Counted from the stretch's first letter, positions 52,097 to 63,541 are shown. The stretch is 64,000 nt of DNA from Schizochytrium sp. TIO01 (GCA_004764695.1 SMSO01000008.1:434001-498000), one strand, 5' to 3'. Made by a program: numbers and translations. The notes: a model not told the origin generated them from the sequence alone.

Positions 52097-52540
52097 CTAC
52101 ACCATAGATTGGCTGGGCTTTCCGGAAAGTTTGTCTGCCACAGTGGAAATAACTGGCATATTAAGCACAGGACCCACGACAGGGAGGCTTCTAAGGAAGG
52201 CGAGGACTAGCGGAAAGAAGGATCCAAAAAGGTTCACGAAGCCGAAGAGCTCCACTAGCATACCGACAACGGGGTAACCCGCCATCACAATGTAAATACC
52301 ACCGAAGAAGGTAACGAGTCCCCTCCAGCGCTTCTGCCATCGGTCGCGTACCCTGTCTCCATAGAGTCCAAAGAACTCTGCCGTTCGACGCGGAGTACTG
52401 AGCAGTGTGAACCCAACGAGGAAGAGGATGTTGCCCATGGCAAGGAGCTTGCGGTCGAAGAGCAGTAGCATACCCAGGAGCAAGAAGAAGACGCCCAAGC
52501 CTAGGAGGCCTAGGCCAATCTTTCGAAGGTCACTAAGCAT
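52097..52540 (-). CDS. GOT1: Got1/Sft2-family vesicle transport protein
   Basis: 147 aa with four hydrophobic segments; MLSDLRKIG..L..G..F..LG....FD..LLAMGNILF is the GOT1/GOLT1 signature. Confidence 0.93.
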   Translation of the reverse strand: MLSDLRKIGLGLLGLGVFFLLLGMLLLFDRKLLAMGNILFLVGFTLLSTPRRTAEFFGLYGDRVRDRWQKRWRGLVTFFGGIYIVMAGYPVVGMLVELFGFVNLFGSFFPLVLAFLRSLPVVGPVLNMPVISTVADKLSGKPSQSMV

Positions 52541-52879
52541 CGCGGAGAGGCGCAGGCGCAGAGACCGCGAGCGCTAGCGTCGGCAACCGCCACGTCAACA
52601 ATTCGGTTCTGTATGTATGTATGTATTACTGCTTTCATTTACTCACTTCGCTATCTGCTAAAGTGAGCGTTTAACTTCGCTATTCTTCCCTATTCTTCAC
52701 TGTGGCCCTCCGAATACCTATTCAACGAGGCCATCACAAATGTAGTTTATACCATTGTACACTATAGGATTTAGAAGTTTAAGTCAATTATGGCATTGTA
52801 CCAAAGATTCATGCCATTCCACTATACACAATAGACAATTACTATACACTATATCCCACCTTACTTGGAAAACAAAGCG

Positions 52880-53300
52880 CACACCACAGGTTTAAATGAA
52901 CGTTATTTCCTCACGATAAGCTGAGAAGGGGTTTACCAATAACATCCACCGCAAAATAGAACATTCACACACTAAGGTGGCTAGCTTAGGCGAAACAGTA
53001 GGCTCCTGAGGAACCTCCTATAGAAGTGGGCTCTAATCATATCATAAAAGCATAGTAGTATGCGTTATGGAAAGATGATCTGGAGAGTTGACGAAAAGAA
53101 GAGGTTCCAGATGTTCAGAGAACTCGGAGGTAGTATCATGAATTAAGCGCAGTCAGAAGAGGGAGGAATGCAGAGAGTGGTGAGGAAATAAGATCCTGAG
53201 GAGTGCTTGATGCAATACAGATATAGTTTCATCATGAAGACTTAAAGCTGCACTCGAATAACATTGAATGACGTGTTCAAGAGTGGCTTTATTTATCTAT
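52880..53300 (-). mobile_element. Non-LTR RT relic
   Basis: EVPQEPTVSPKLATLV...SAYREEITFI (~53020-52895) matches GVPQGSxLSPxLF...YADDI in residues and spacing. Confidence 0.5.
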
Positions 53301-53870
53301 GACACTAGAACCAGTTACAACATCACCCATTCCTAATACTGGTTTTACTGCAACGTGTATGCAAGTAACAAAAGTGGGACGGAGCAGTATGCTTTGAAAC
53401 AATATCTATATCTATATATATATGCATACATTATCTATGACACGACCGACAGATTCATGCTGGAGACTTTGATACAAACTTATGTTTCTTTCTGACGTGG
53501 CAGAGCCAGGAACAGGTTCGCAAGGCCTGGATGATCTGTAATGTTCAGTAGCGAGCGGCGAAATGGTTTTACTGGAGATGTTTTATAGTTTAATTACACA
53601 GGTCAGATCCCGGGAAGCTCAATTACCTTACGCATTCCTAGTCTTCACCTTTAAGGGTCTCCATAGGAGAAACAAGATTTAGCTACCTGCATAGGCTTTG
53701 CTGAAAATAATGCAACCTAAGCATCGTGTGTGCTGATGGTTAGTTCCCCATTGTACCGGCAGAGCAATAGCGTGACTTGTATCTTGTATACCTCCCTACC
53801 AATAGCGCGATGCTGTCTCATCAGTTTGAAGCCACATGCAATCAGTACTGACCAAATTCTACACATTTTT

Positions 53871-53945
53871 CCACAAAACATACTATCTGTCCTATTGCAC
53901 CTACACAATTTGCCACAAAGCGTACTATCTATCCTGTTGCACTTG
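53871..53945. repeat. 42-bp-period imperfect direct repeat
   Basis: ccacaaaacatactatctgtcctattgcac vs ccacaaagcgtactatctatcctgttgcac. Confidence 0.85.
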
Positions 53946-55197
53946 CTGGCCTTTTTCTGGTCTCACCACTTCTATTCGTTATTCCCTCCCTAAAGATTGC
54001 CTCCATAGGGCCGTGCCTGTCTACCTACGAGCCACACACAGCCCGGGGTATTGTTTTCAGACGCCCTCTCGTGCAATCAATTATCTCGTGCAGGTCTAAC
54101 GAGTCCTTTACGAACTTCGCTTCGCTCGTTTCTTGGTCCTGGACCCCAATATTTTGCGCTGGTACATTTGGGTCTCGTTTGACCTCTCGACCGGTTCAAC
54201 GGGGTGTGTACTGCGCTCTGCCTCGGATACTATCGTGATAGAATCAATCAGTTCCTGGCTCCTCAAGCCGTGTCATGTCCGATGAGTTCGTTCGGAAGGG
54301 ACCTCTGCGGATCAATTTGGCTTTCCCCGCTTTGGGTTTCCGCTGCCAGGAGGTAAGTAACTCTGCTCATCGAAGTTGTGGATGTGGCAAATGAATCAAA
54401 CGAAGCCACGAAGAAATAAGTACGTGAAGAATCAACCATCGCGTGAAGTCAATTCTTTTTCCCAGCATCTTTAAAACTAAAAAAAGATTCGCCTTTTTTT
54501 TATTTATTGAAGTTTTCCCACCGCAGTTTATTTATTTTTAATTTTAAAATAAACAAAGCTATTACAAAACTTACTACTATCTCTCAAAAAACTTGAATTA
54601 AAATCCATTAAACCTCAGAAATAGAATACAGAAACGCAACTAACTACCCAGGCACCTAGCATCTGCTAACTGGCTGCTACCTGTCGCTCCTTTCCTGTCG
54701 CATCGAGTCAGTCAGTCATCTTGGCAATCTTCAAGTGCATGTATAGTGCCTATGAGTAATGCGGTTGGCGCCGCAGCCGCATATTTTTTTCCTTTATACT
54801 CTTATATTCTTCAGTTGATCATTATTCCATTCTACCAACTGAGAAAATATATATATATATTCGAGATCCCATGTGATTTGCTGAAAAGGCGGCTTTGGTG
54901 CATAAGATCGTGGATTCTGATGTTCGCATGGGCTCTCCGTCGGCAGCTGCGAGTTCATACGTGCTGTCGCCAAGTCATTTGCTATCTATCCTTTTTCTGA
55001 TGTAAGCTCTCGTTTGGAGGTCTGCATTTACAGAGCTTTTGCGCCATTGTGTTTGCGCGATATCGAGAAAAGAAAATGGCGGCCATGTTTTTACTTATTT
55101 CCTTTGGTGCGTGTGTAATTAATTAATCAATTTATTTATTTATTTATCTATTTATTTATCTATTTATTTATGCGCGAAGCGAAGTCTGAGGCAGCCA

Positions 55198-55227
55198 TGA
55201 TAAGGGCCCTGTGATAAGGGCCCTGTG
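55198..55227 (+). promoter_or_regulatory. Perfect 14-bp tandem repeat TGATAAGGGCCCTG x2, candidate cis-element
   Basis: The repeat is seen directly and contains GATAAG and the palindrome AGGGCCCT. Regulatory function is inferred only from its position upstream of the SFGH gene. Confidence 0.35.
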
Positions 55228-55334
55228 GACGACCTCAATAGCGCTTAGTGCCGCTCTCAACGCGCCGCAGCGAAGAAGCGCCTCGAGTCTTCAAGCTTTT
55301 GCATGCGAAATGGCGGCGCTCACGTTTTCCTTTT

Positions 55335-55409
<75 letters not shown>

Positions 55410-55594
55410 CTTTTACCTCATTTTACAATCGCGCTATCTCTATCTCCGTCTCCCCTCTTCTTTTCTTTTCTTTTCTTTCCTTTTCTTTTCTTTTCTTTTC
55501 TTTTCTTTCCTTTCCTTTCCTTTCCTTTCCTTTCCTTTCCTTTCCTTTCCTTTCCTTTCCTTTTCTCTTCTTTTCTTTTCTTTTCTTTTCTTTT
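55335..55594. repeat. Polypyrimidine microsatellites (TTTC)n and (TTTTC/TTTCC)n
   Basis: Runs at ~55335-55408 and ~55457-55594. Confidence 0.95.
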
Positions 55595-55990
55595 ATTGGC
55601 ATTATTCTTTTCCATTTTTTTCTTTCTCGCATTTACTTTTTGCGCTTTCCTGCAATCAACATCCTCAACAATATCCCGCGATCAACCATCGCCGCATCGG
55701 CATATGTGCTCCTGCGTTGAAGCTTTCGCTGCGCTTTTCGCACTCCTCCGCCCGTGATAAGCATCGCCATCATTATCCCGTCCACCCGCAACCGACCTTC
55801 GACCGGATCGACGAGGGAATGAAAGGAAAAGAAAGCACTCGCAAGAAATGCAGACATAAATACATAAATACATACAAACATACAAACATACATAGACACC
55901 ACTGTTAACTTTCTTTCAAGAAACCAGAGCAAAAGCTATTGCAAAAGCTATTTCAATCTTCTGTGCAATTTGAAGAACAAACTTGAACTT

Positions 55991-56030
55991 CAACAACAGC
56001 AACAGCAGCAGCAACAGCAGCAACAGCAGC

Positions 56031-56100
<70 letters not shown>

Positions 56101-56115
56101 GCAACAACAACAACA
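55991..56115. repeat. (CAA/CAG)n microsatellite
   Basis: About 41 triplets. Confidence 0.97.
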
Positions 56116-56318
56116 GAAATCAAAGAAAATAAAGAAAACAAAGAAATCAAAGAAAGTAAAGAAACCACAAAAAGATGAAGGACTCCAGGCGCACACCCTG
56201 GAGTTGACAGGATAGTGGAAAGGGTGCGCGGCGTCGAGAGCAGAATCGAGACCAATTCCACTCCCAGAGCAGCAGCAAATCCAGAACAAGATTCGTGGAC
56301 GACTCAACCCGCACTCAG

Positions 56319-56880
56319 GTACGTGCTCGTGGCGGCGGATGCCAGCACCACGCGTGCCCCGCGCTGCACCCCTCGCGGCGGCGGCGGCAGCGGCGGCGCG
56401 CGACAGGACCCGCGAAGGAAAGGAAGAAGCGGCGGCTTTTCTGCGGTCGAAAAAGCAGAGGATAATAGGGAATTAAATAGACAGCGAAGACAAAGAAGAA
56501 CACATGTAAATGTAATGCAAAGCGAAGCGTAGAAGAAGAGCAGCAAAGATGGCGAAGGCAAAGCTCGAACGTGACCGGGGACTGGAGCTGCGGGTCGGAG
56601 CGTTGTGGAGCGTGGAGCAGGCAGCTGCGGAGAGCGTGGCGTTGAAAGAAAGCCCTTGCGGGTGTTTTGTGAACAGCGAGAAACTGACGATCGGGTTGTG
56701 GTATCTTTTTTTCGTGTGATTTCCCCCTCATTCTGGACGAACATCATATTCGTGTTGGAATCGCAACTGCCTACGCTGGTGCTCGTGCGTGGCTTGGTTG
56801 CTGACGTAAACTTGATCTTGACGGGGTTCGTATTTTGGTTGGTGGATTGCGATTGAACGACCGTGTTAAAATGAGCTCAG
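56319..56880 (+). other. Predicted 5'-UTR intron of the SFGH gene
   Basis: Donor CAG|GTACGT at 56319, branch-like GCTGAC ~56800, acceptor CTCAG at 56880, 8 nt before the ATG at 56889. Confidence 0.5.
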
Positions 56881-56888
56881 AAAACAAG

Positions 56889-57734
56889 ATGGCTCTCAAG
56901 CTTGTGAAGCAGAACAAGGCCTTTGGCGGATGGGTGAAGCAGTTTGCCCACACCTCCTCCGTCCTCGGTGACTTGGAGATGAAGTTCTCCGTCTTTCTCC
57001 CTCCCCAGAGTGAGAACGCCAAGGTCCCCGTAGTGTACTACCTCAGCGGTCTCACCTGCAATGATGAGAACTTCACCACCAAGGCTGGCGCCCAGCGCGT
57101 TGCCTCCGAGCTTGGCTTCGCCATTGTCGCCCCGGACACCTCCCCCCGCGGTGCTAACATCGAGGGTGAGGATGAGAGCTACGACTTCGGCTCTGGCGCT
57201 GGCTTCTACGTCGATGCCACCACCGACAAGTGGCAGAAGAACTACAACATGTACTCTTACGTCACCAAGGAGCTTCCCTCCCTCATTGCCTCTGAGCTCC
57301 CCGTCGATGACGCTCGCAAGGCCGTCTCTGGCCACTCCATGGGTGGCCACGGTGCTCTCGTCACTGCCCTTAAGAACCCGGGTATGTTCAAGTGCGCCAC
57401 CGCCTTTGCCCCCATCGCCAACCCGATGAAGTGCCAGTGGGGCGAGAAGGCCTTCACCGGCTACCTTGGTGAGGACAAGTCCACCTGGGCTCAGTACGAT
57501 GCCACCGAGCTTGTCCAGTCATACGATGGCCCCAAGCTCCCCGTCCTTGCCGACCAGGGTCTTGATGACCAGTTCTACCCGGCCCAGCTTCTCTCTGAGA
57601 ACTTCGTGGAGGCCTCCAAGTCCAACTCCAACGTTGATGTTGAGTTCCGCTTCCAGGAGGGCTACGACCACTCCTACTACACCATTGCCACCTTCATCGA
57701 GGACCACCTTCGTTTCATTGCCAAGCACATCTAA
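56889..57734 (+). CDS. ESD: S-formylglutathione hydrolase / esterase D
   Basis: [14 protein letters not shown] start as in ESD; [48 protein letters not shown]; strong C-ending codon bias. Alternative ATG at 56871. Confidence 0.96.
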   Translation: MALKLVKQNKAFGGWVKQFAHTSSVLGDLEMKFSVFLPPQSENAKVPVVYYLSGLTCNDENFTTKAGAQRVASELGFAIVAPDTSPRGANIEGEDESYDFGSGAGFYVDATTDKWQKNYNMYSYVTKELPSLIASELPVDDARKAVSGHSMGGHGALVTALKNPGMFKCATAFAPIANPMKCQWGEKAFTGYLGEDKSTWAQYDATELVQSYDGPKLPVLADQGLDDQFYPAQLLSENFVEASKSNSNVDVEFRFQEGYDHSYYTIATFIEDHLRFIAKHI

Positions 57735-58435
57735 AACTATCTACAAAATGTTTCATTCTACATACATACATTATGTTGTAACCCAATTGCACGCTCTCAA
57801 GGAAAGAAATCAAGTTCTTCAACTAATTTCACACGCCACCCTTTCCTCTTGCCTTTTGGTGGTCTCTAGATGTGCAGCAGTTCCTTGTATCGAACATGCT
57901 GCACTGCTAGGCTGTTTATGTGGGGGTTTACTTGAGTACTAGATATCCATTCCACCCTTTTTCTTAGGACTACTCTCAGTTCTGTTGATGGCACAGAGAT
58001 TGTCCAAGTAAAACTCCAATCGCTACATATTCAATAAAAAAGTCTTTCCCATTTTCTTTTTTCTCTTTTTCTTTAAAGGAAAGAAGTATTAGAAGAATAT
58101 GTACAAAGTCTTCGCTAAACTCAATTCCCGCGTAAACAATCAAAGAACCTAAATTCCTAATTTAAAGCTAGTTTCTAACAGTTTGACAGAATTCATGCAA
58201 CTAAGGTTCTTTAGAGTAATGAAACATATTCTAGTTTATTTCAAAGCATTTAAACTGCAAAACATTTCTCCTCACGCGAGAGCCAAGGCGCATAGTGATA
58301 TAGACCCAGAAATACGGTTTCCCGTGCTCAGATAGACTGGAAGAAAAAAGTATCGAGGCATACATAGGTTGGCAAATCAACAAAAATAACAAATTCTAAA
58401 CTATTCAACACGCCTTAGTCTTCGGGAAGTATTGC

Positions 58436-61400
58436 TTACTTTAAGTTGAAGTCCCCTTTCCCCTTGTGCTTAGGTGATTTAATGAGTTCGGTATCAACCT
58501 TTTGACCTTCAGAGATACTTGACTTGGCTAACTTTTGCCCAAAGCACGACATCATAGGTACTCCACTCGACAGCCTTGCAACCCGCTTCTCTGCACCTGC
58601 TCTACTCGCCGTCAATTGAGAACTTTGTACCAGCGAATGCACTGGAATTCCTGCTTTGTGAACCTGAAGCCACATCTCACCTTGAAATGGGTTACCAGGG
58701 TACCGGGATCGTACCAGCATATCATCTTCACTCTGTGTTGGAGCTTGTCTTACCTGAGCCAAACTTCGGATATCAACATTAACTGCTTTTCGAATTTGAT
58801 GGAATGTTGACGAGCTTGGGTTTGGCAGCTCTACATCACGTGTGTCCAAAGCTACGTTGTCTTTAGCGTGGGTGCTGTTTTTACCGGTCGTAGTCTGGGT
58901 ATTGTTTGTAGGTTTGAGACCATGAGAGCGAATCTGATCTAAAATGGCAGCCCGGAGCTGAAGTTGAGCTTTGGCGTGACTGCTCTTTCTCGACACAGAT
59001 GCTTGCCGCGATAGATATGCTAGATGCCATGCATGCTTTACACATGCCATAGTCACCATTATATTTAAGGTAGTCTGTGTCAACACCGCTGCAAGCTGAT
59101 CTGCAGGAAACACATAAGCCTCTGATTGGCATTTCGTAATGAGTCTTTCTTGTGCGAGCTGACGAACGAACTTCTCGTGACCACAACTGTAACCTTCGCC
59201 GAACATCTCACCAACACCAAGTTCTGCAAGAACTACTTCAGAGTGCTCACGAGAGTGTACCTCACATGCACCTTCACGAATTAAAATTACACGACCTGTG
59301 CAATCAATTTCCACGTTCCGCTGAAACTTTTCGAGAGTCATGATATGTATCAAACTTGCTAACTCCCGGGGGTAAGCTTGTGCAAAAATGGCAGATTGCT
59401 GCAGTATACGGAGTTTACCCCGCAATCTCTGATCCTTGGGCCAAAGCTTCCGATACCAGTACCCTGAAAGAGATAAGACAACACTTCGGCCGACACTTTT
59501 TAATGTTGCATGTTGCGGAATTTTCAACGCGAGGGCTGATTCCAACGCAGTATCTCCTCCTTTGTAACGAATAACTTCTGCCTCTGCTTCCTCACCTCCA
59601 ATTGTCTCTTGTAAAACCCCCTTAACCACAATATACATTTTTGTAACTTTATCCCCCTTGTGTGCTAAAATCTGGCCTGGACTTAGCACCATATACTCGA
59701 GACGCTCGCAAACAGCGTTAATGCGATCGTCGCCACCGAAGGCTTGTAACTCTCGACAAATCTCCATACTTTCAAGCACTGACCGTATTCCACGAATATG
59801 ATCCCCCAAACTAAGTGTTGTATGATCCGCAAGCTTCTGTTTCGCTAACGTAGGCTGAAATACTAATGTCTTTAGGTGACGCCGGAGAGTATCTTCAAAG
59901 TCATTGCGATTGATTGTCAGCAATAAGCACGGCTCTACTGTTATTGCTGTACCGCTGCGCTGGTTATTATCAGGAAACAATGCCATTTCTCCAAAAGAGT
60001 CTCCAATATGAAGTTCCGCTTTGATCTCACCAAAATGGAAATTAAGAATTCGATTATAATCATCCCTGTCCGGGAAAATTTTGCCCGCTCGCAAATCAGC
60101 AACACACTGTGCTTTATTTAATCTACGCTTGGAGGCCATACGCGGTACCGATCGAAAGTCTACGACTCTCGGGATAGTAGTGTCGCCAAACTCTTTCTGT
60201 TGACGAATATGAATTGACCCGCGAAGAATAATATATAAAAAGTCACCGTCATCTCCCTGCTCAAATATTACTTCGGATGCCGGGACTCGTATACACTTCA
60301 GCGCTTGTGAAATCCGCTGCAGAATATTTGACTCGTACGCAAGCTGTTTCAAAAAGGAGACACGGACCAGTAAATTTTCCAAAAGTTGAGATTCCTGAAA
60401 ACTTCGTTGACTGGGAATCTTATGAACAACCTCCTTGATCAAATCGGGTAGTATAGTTGTTTGATTTTCACTTAGGAGTCGACGAATGACGCTTTCATCA
60501 ACTATGCATACCTCTGTTCGTCCTCTTGCTACACCGCTTGTGATATGAAACCACTCAGGTGTAGCTCCAGGTCGCGCGCGACCCATCTCACGAGGATTTG
60601 CCTCCCACACAAGCTCACCTGTAGCTGCAACATCAACACAAGCTCCAAGGACAGAAAAATCGGCAAACTCACCTTTGATTTTGCCCTTCATAGAGCCTGA
60701 AGCAGGTGGGAGGGGTCTCTCAGTCTTATGAATTGACACTCCACCTGATATGACTATATATGCAGTATTAGCGTCCGAACCCTGCGCAAAAATAAGTTCC
60801 GTAGCTTCGAAACAAGCATAGCGAAGTGTTGAACAAAGTAGTCGGCGCCCTCTCATGTTGATGCTTTGAAAGAACTCAAGCTTCGATGTCCACTCCACAA
60901 GCATGCCAATATCTTCTGAGGAACGAAGAGATGGATCACAGTTCAGGCATTCGATTATTTCATCGGAGATTTCAGCATGATTGCGTAGTTTACCTTCTTT
61001 TCCATCCAAATTAAGGCACAGCATCCTCGCATAGTCAGAATAACTAATCGATAATAAACAAGATGGCTCTCGGGCTATCACTGAAGCTGAGCGCCCTGCT
61101 TTTCTTAACATCGCAGCTTCGCCGAATGCATCTCCTGGTTTTAGCAGCATAAAACAAGACCCAAAAGACTCTCGAAAATTCCCAACTCGTTTGGGTACTC
61201 CTGCATTCGGATGTTTCAAGATAGACAACGATCCACAAAGCACGATATAGTATTTTTCTGCTCGAGTATCACCCTGAACTACTACAATTTCACCTGTTTT
61301 GAAAGTTTCAAGCTTTGCTCGTCGGCAGAGCTCTAAGCGTGAAGAAGGGGGAAGTTGTACTAAAGAAGCCAAGCTTCGCATACGATAGGCTATCTGCATG

Positions 61401-63541
61401 ATATCATCCTCCGTTCGGGCGTGTGGAGGTTGTGCAAAAAGATGGCCAATAGGGACAGCTTGTAAACGGCGTGAAGTAGCTTGTCTCTTCACCTTCTTTC
61501 TTCCAAAAGCTTGTCGAATAGCCTCTGGGGAGATACATAATAGCTGGCACCCAGAGAGTTTGTCAGCTTGGAAACGATAACCATTTAGTTCTGACTCATA
61601 CTCTTGCTCTACATCTCGTGTTCCGCAACAGTGATTGTCTTGTTGTACACTGTCTTCAGTTTCATCCTCTAAAACAGTGCCATACTCCAGCTCGCAAACA
61701 AATAGAATACCATTTGCATAGTCCTTCCACTTTTGTGATGCCCGACTCCCCAATGCTGCAATGGTTGATTTTCTGAACTTTTGCATAAAATTTTCTGCTC
61801 CCTCTTCGATTACTTGGGGATGAGTTGAACGTCTTCTGTGTTGTGCTTTAACATGCTTGATAAACCCTTCGCGTAAAGCTCCTGGTACATTTTGTGGCGG
61901 CTTCAGCATACTAGATGGCTGCAAATTCACTGCTTGAGGAACTCGCATACTTGCAAACTTCATTTGAGATCGTTGATGCTGGCCCAGCGCTACAGATGGG
62001 CCACGAAGTGATTCAGTTCGTTCAAGAAGATCATCCTCTTCATCAGAAATCTCATCATCGCTATATCCATGACTACTACGAGCTTGACAAACACTTTCCA
62101 GATCTTCTGAGCTTAACAATGCAGATACTGTACTGCTTCCAGAAGGGGCGGGTCTGTGTCGTGTGTTTTTTAGGACTTGACGCCACCAAAGGTCTTCTTC
62201 CACGAAATATTGTCGAATTCGATCCAATGAGGGCTTCTCTGTTGTATTATATCTCCACTCCTTAGGCATTTCTGTTGAAACCTGTATGGTGCCTTTAATT
62301 AAAAGCGTAATCCCACGAGCTTCAAAGCGTCCCCCGGGTGGTATCTCAAGTATGTCTGCCTCGGCACAGAGTTTCTCTACCTCAGCTGCAGGCAAGAGCT
62401 GGAGAAGACGTGACTGAGAAGCAAGCAAGCTGCAGTGAGCTCTTCGATATGTCTTAAGTGCATCATCATTTGTTGTGATACCACTATACACTTGGGCTGC
62501 CTCCAGAGCCTCTAAAAATACACGATGAACATGACTTTCTGTTGCCTTCAAGTGCTGGAATGCAGGAAGGCTTAGCTGGAGCACTATGGATGACGACTCC
62601 GCTCGAGCTGAGTGTTCACGAGTTTGGTCAGGTCGAAGCAAAGCTCGCTGCCCAACAGCATCTCCAGCATAAAGCGTTGTGAGTTTACACTCCTCTTTTA
62701 TTGATACAGAGCCTGCATCGGCAGAACTCTCAAAAAGGTCAATAGCACCCTGCAGTACAATATAAAGTCCTCCGACATTTGAGTCCCCAGATTGGTAGAG
62801 GTATTCCCCACGATTCAAAGCTAGGAGGTGACAAGCTCTAGCAACCCGTGTTCGTGAGGATTTTGCTAGGCCACTAAAAAGTGCAAAGGATGCTAGCCAA
62901 GTTTCTAAAATACCCACTTCAATCGAGGACCGCATCCAAACATGTTTGACAAAACTTTCTCTGAGCTTTCCTGCAATCACATGGAGTGCTTTACATTCTC
63001 TGCTTCTTTCTTCTGTCAAAAATAGTTCTTGTTCGCGGAGGGCATCCTGGTCGTTGACACCTGCTGACCCTCGATCGTTGATATCGGAGATGGCCCCTAG
63101 TCGCTCGATAATTTGCTTCGATCCAAAAGGCCGAAATTCCTTTTCTTTATTTGGGCTAATGTAATGGATCAGCTTGCTCTCAGCTTGTGTGCATTTTGTC
63201 TTGTACATTTGCTCGATATCAATTGAAGACCTCTTGGTGCCAAACACTGCTCGTTCTTCTCCGTCTTCAAAAATCAGCGCTGCTGGCCTAGCCTCTCCAA
63301 TTGTTTCTCTACGCCTCAAACGCGAAGCCGTGCAATGCTGCTCAGATTTAAGCTTCTCATGATGCTGTTGCTGTAGTGCTTCTGCAGATTCGCGCAACTG
63401 ACGGGCCTGCTTAGGAGACAGCGAGGATCGCCGTCCAGGTCTAGACTGAGAACCTCGTCTTGCAAAACGGTTCTGCTGCTTACGAGGCTCTCGAGGCACA
63501 TCTGACGGCGAGCCAAACATTCCCTCGGGCGCGCGTACCAA
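58436..63541 (-). CDS. Large protein with ~6-7 cyclic-nucleotide-binding (cNMP) domains
   Basis: 1701-aa ORF with repeated QGD...YI(V/I)LxG...GDxFGExA(L/M)...RSA motifs. First ATG at 63520; the frame is open to 63598, where an acceptor-like TTTAG lies, so an upstream exon is possible. Confidence 0.88.
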   Translation of the reverse strand: MVRAPEGMFGSPSDVPREPRKQQNRFARRGSQSRPGRRSSLSPKQARQLRESAEALQQQHHEKLKSEQHCTASRLRRRETIGEARPAALIFEDGEERAVFGTKRSSIDIEQMYKTKCTQAESKLIHYISPNKEKEFRPFGSKQIIERLGAISDINDRGSAGVNDQDALREQELFLTEERSRECKALHVIAGKLRESFVKHVWMRSSIEVGILETWLASFALFSGLAKSSRTRVARACHLLALNRGEYLYQSGDSNVGGLYIVLQGAIDLFESSADAGSVSIKEECKLTTLYAGDAVGQRALLRPDQTREHSARAESSSIVLQLSLPAFQHLKATESHVHRVFLEALEAAQVYSGITTNDDALKTYRRAHCSLLASQSRLLQLLPAAEVEKLCAEADILEIPPGGRFEARGITLLIKGTIQVSTEMPKEWRYNTTEKPSLDRIRQYFVEEDLWWRQVLKNTRHRPAPSGSSTVSALLSSEDLESVCQARSSHGYSDDEISDEEDDLLERTESLRGPSVALGQHQRSQMKFASMRVPQAVNLQPSSMLKPPQNVPGALREGFIKHVKAQHRRRSTHPQVIEEGAENFMQKFRKSTIAALGSRASQKWKDYANGILFVCELEYGTVLEDETEDSVQQDNHCCGTRDVEQEYESELNGYRFQADKLSGCQLLCISPEAIRQAFGRKKVKRQATSRRLQAVPIGHLFAQPPHARTEDDIMQIAYRMRSLASLVQLPPSSRLELCRRAKLETFKTGEIVVVQGDTRAEKYYIVLCGSLSILKHPNAGVPKRVGNFRESFGSCFMLLKPGDAFGEAAMLRKAGRSASVIAREPSCLLSISYSDYARMLCLNLDGKEGKLRNHAEISDEIIECLNCDPSLRSSEDIGMLVEWTSKLEFFQSINMRGRRLLCSTLRYACFEATELIFAQGSDANTAYIVISGGVSIHKTERPLPPASGSMKGKIKGEFADFSVLGACVDVAATGELVWEANPREMGRARPGATPEWFHITSGVARGRTEVCIVDESVIRRLLSENQTTILPDLIKEVVHKIPSQRSFQESQLLENLLVRVSFLKQLAYESNILQRISQALKCIRVPASEVIFEQGDDGDFLYIILRGSIHIRQQKEFGDTTIPRVVDFRSVPRMASKRRLNKAQCVADLRAGKIFPDRDDYNRILNFHFGEIKAELHIGDSFGEMALFPDNNQRSGTAITVEPCLLLTINRNDFEDTLRRHLKTLVFQPTLAKQKLADHTTLSLGDHIRGIRSVLESMEICRELQAFGGDDRINAVCERLEYMVLSPGQILAHKGDKVTKMYIVVKGVLQETIGGEEAEAEVIRYKGGDTALESALALKIPQHATLKSVGRSVVLSLSGYWYRKLWPKDQRLRGKLRILQQSAIFAQAYPRELASLIHIMTLEKFQRNVEIDCTGRVILIREGACEVHSREHSEVVLAELGVGEMFGEGYSCGHEKFVRQLAQERLITKCQSEAYVFPADQLAAVLTQTTLNIMVTMACVKHAWHLAYLSRQASVSRKSSHAKAQLQLRAAILDQIRSHGLKPTNNTQTTTGKNSTHAKDNVALDTRDVELPNPSSSTFHQIRKAVNVDIRSLAQVRQAPTQSEDDMLVRSRYPGNPFQGEMWLQVHKAGIPVHSLVQSSQLTASRAGAEKRVARLSSGVPMMSCFGQKLAKSSISEGQKVDTELIKSPKHKGKGDFNLK

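Noticed and set aside
53070-53400. Possible sixth, inverted copy of the 400-bp repeat
   Set aside because: Only short patches match; shared RT ancestry or chance explains them.
53871-53945. Direct repeat as a CRISPR-like array
   Set aside because: Only two imperfect units, in a eukaryotic context with no cas genes.
55916-56307. PolyQ, polyL, polyV and polyC ORFs
   Set aside because: Translations of the (CAA)n microsatellite; the track's starts appear to be non-ATG and there is no flanking domain.
56877-57942. Alternative-frame and antisense ORFs over SFGH
   Set aside because: Same codon-bias artefact.
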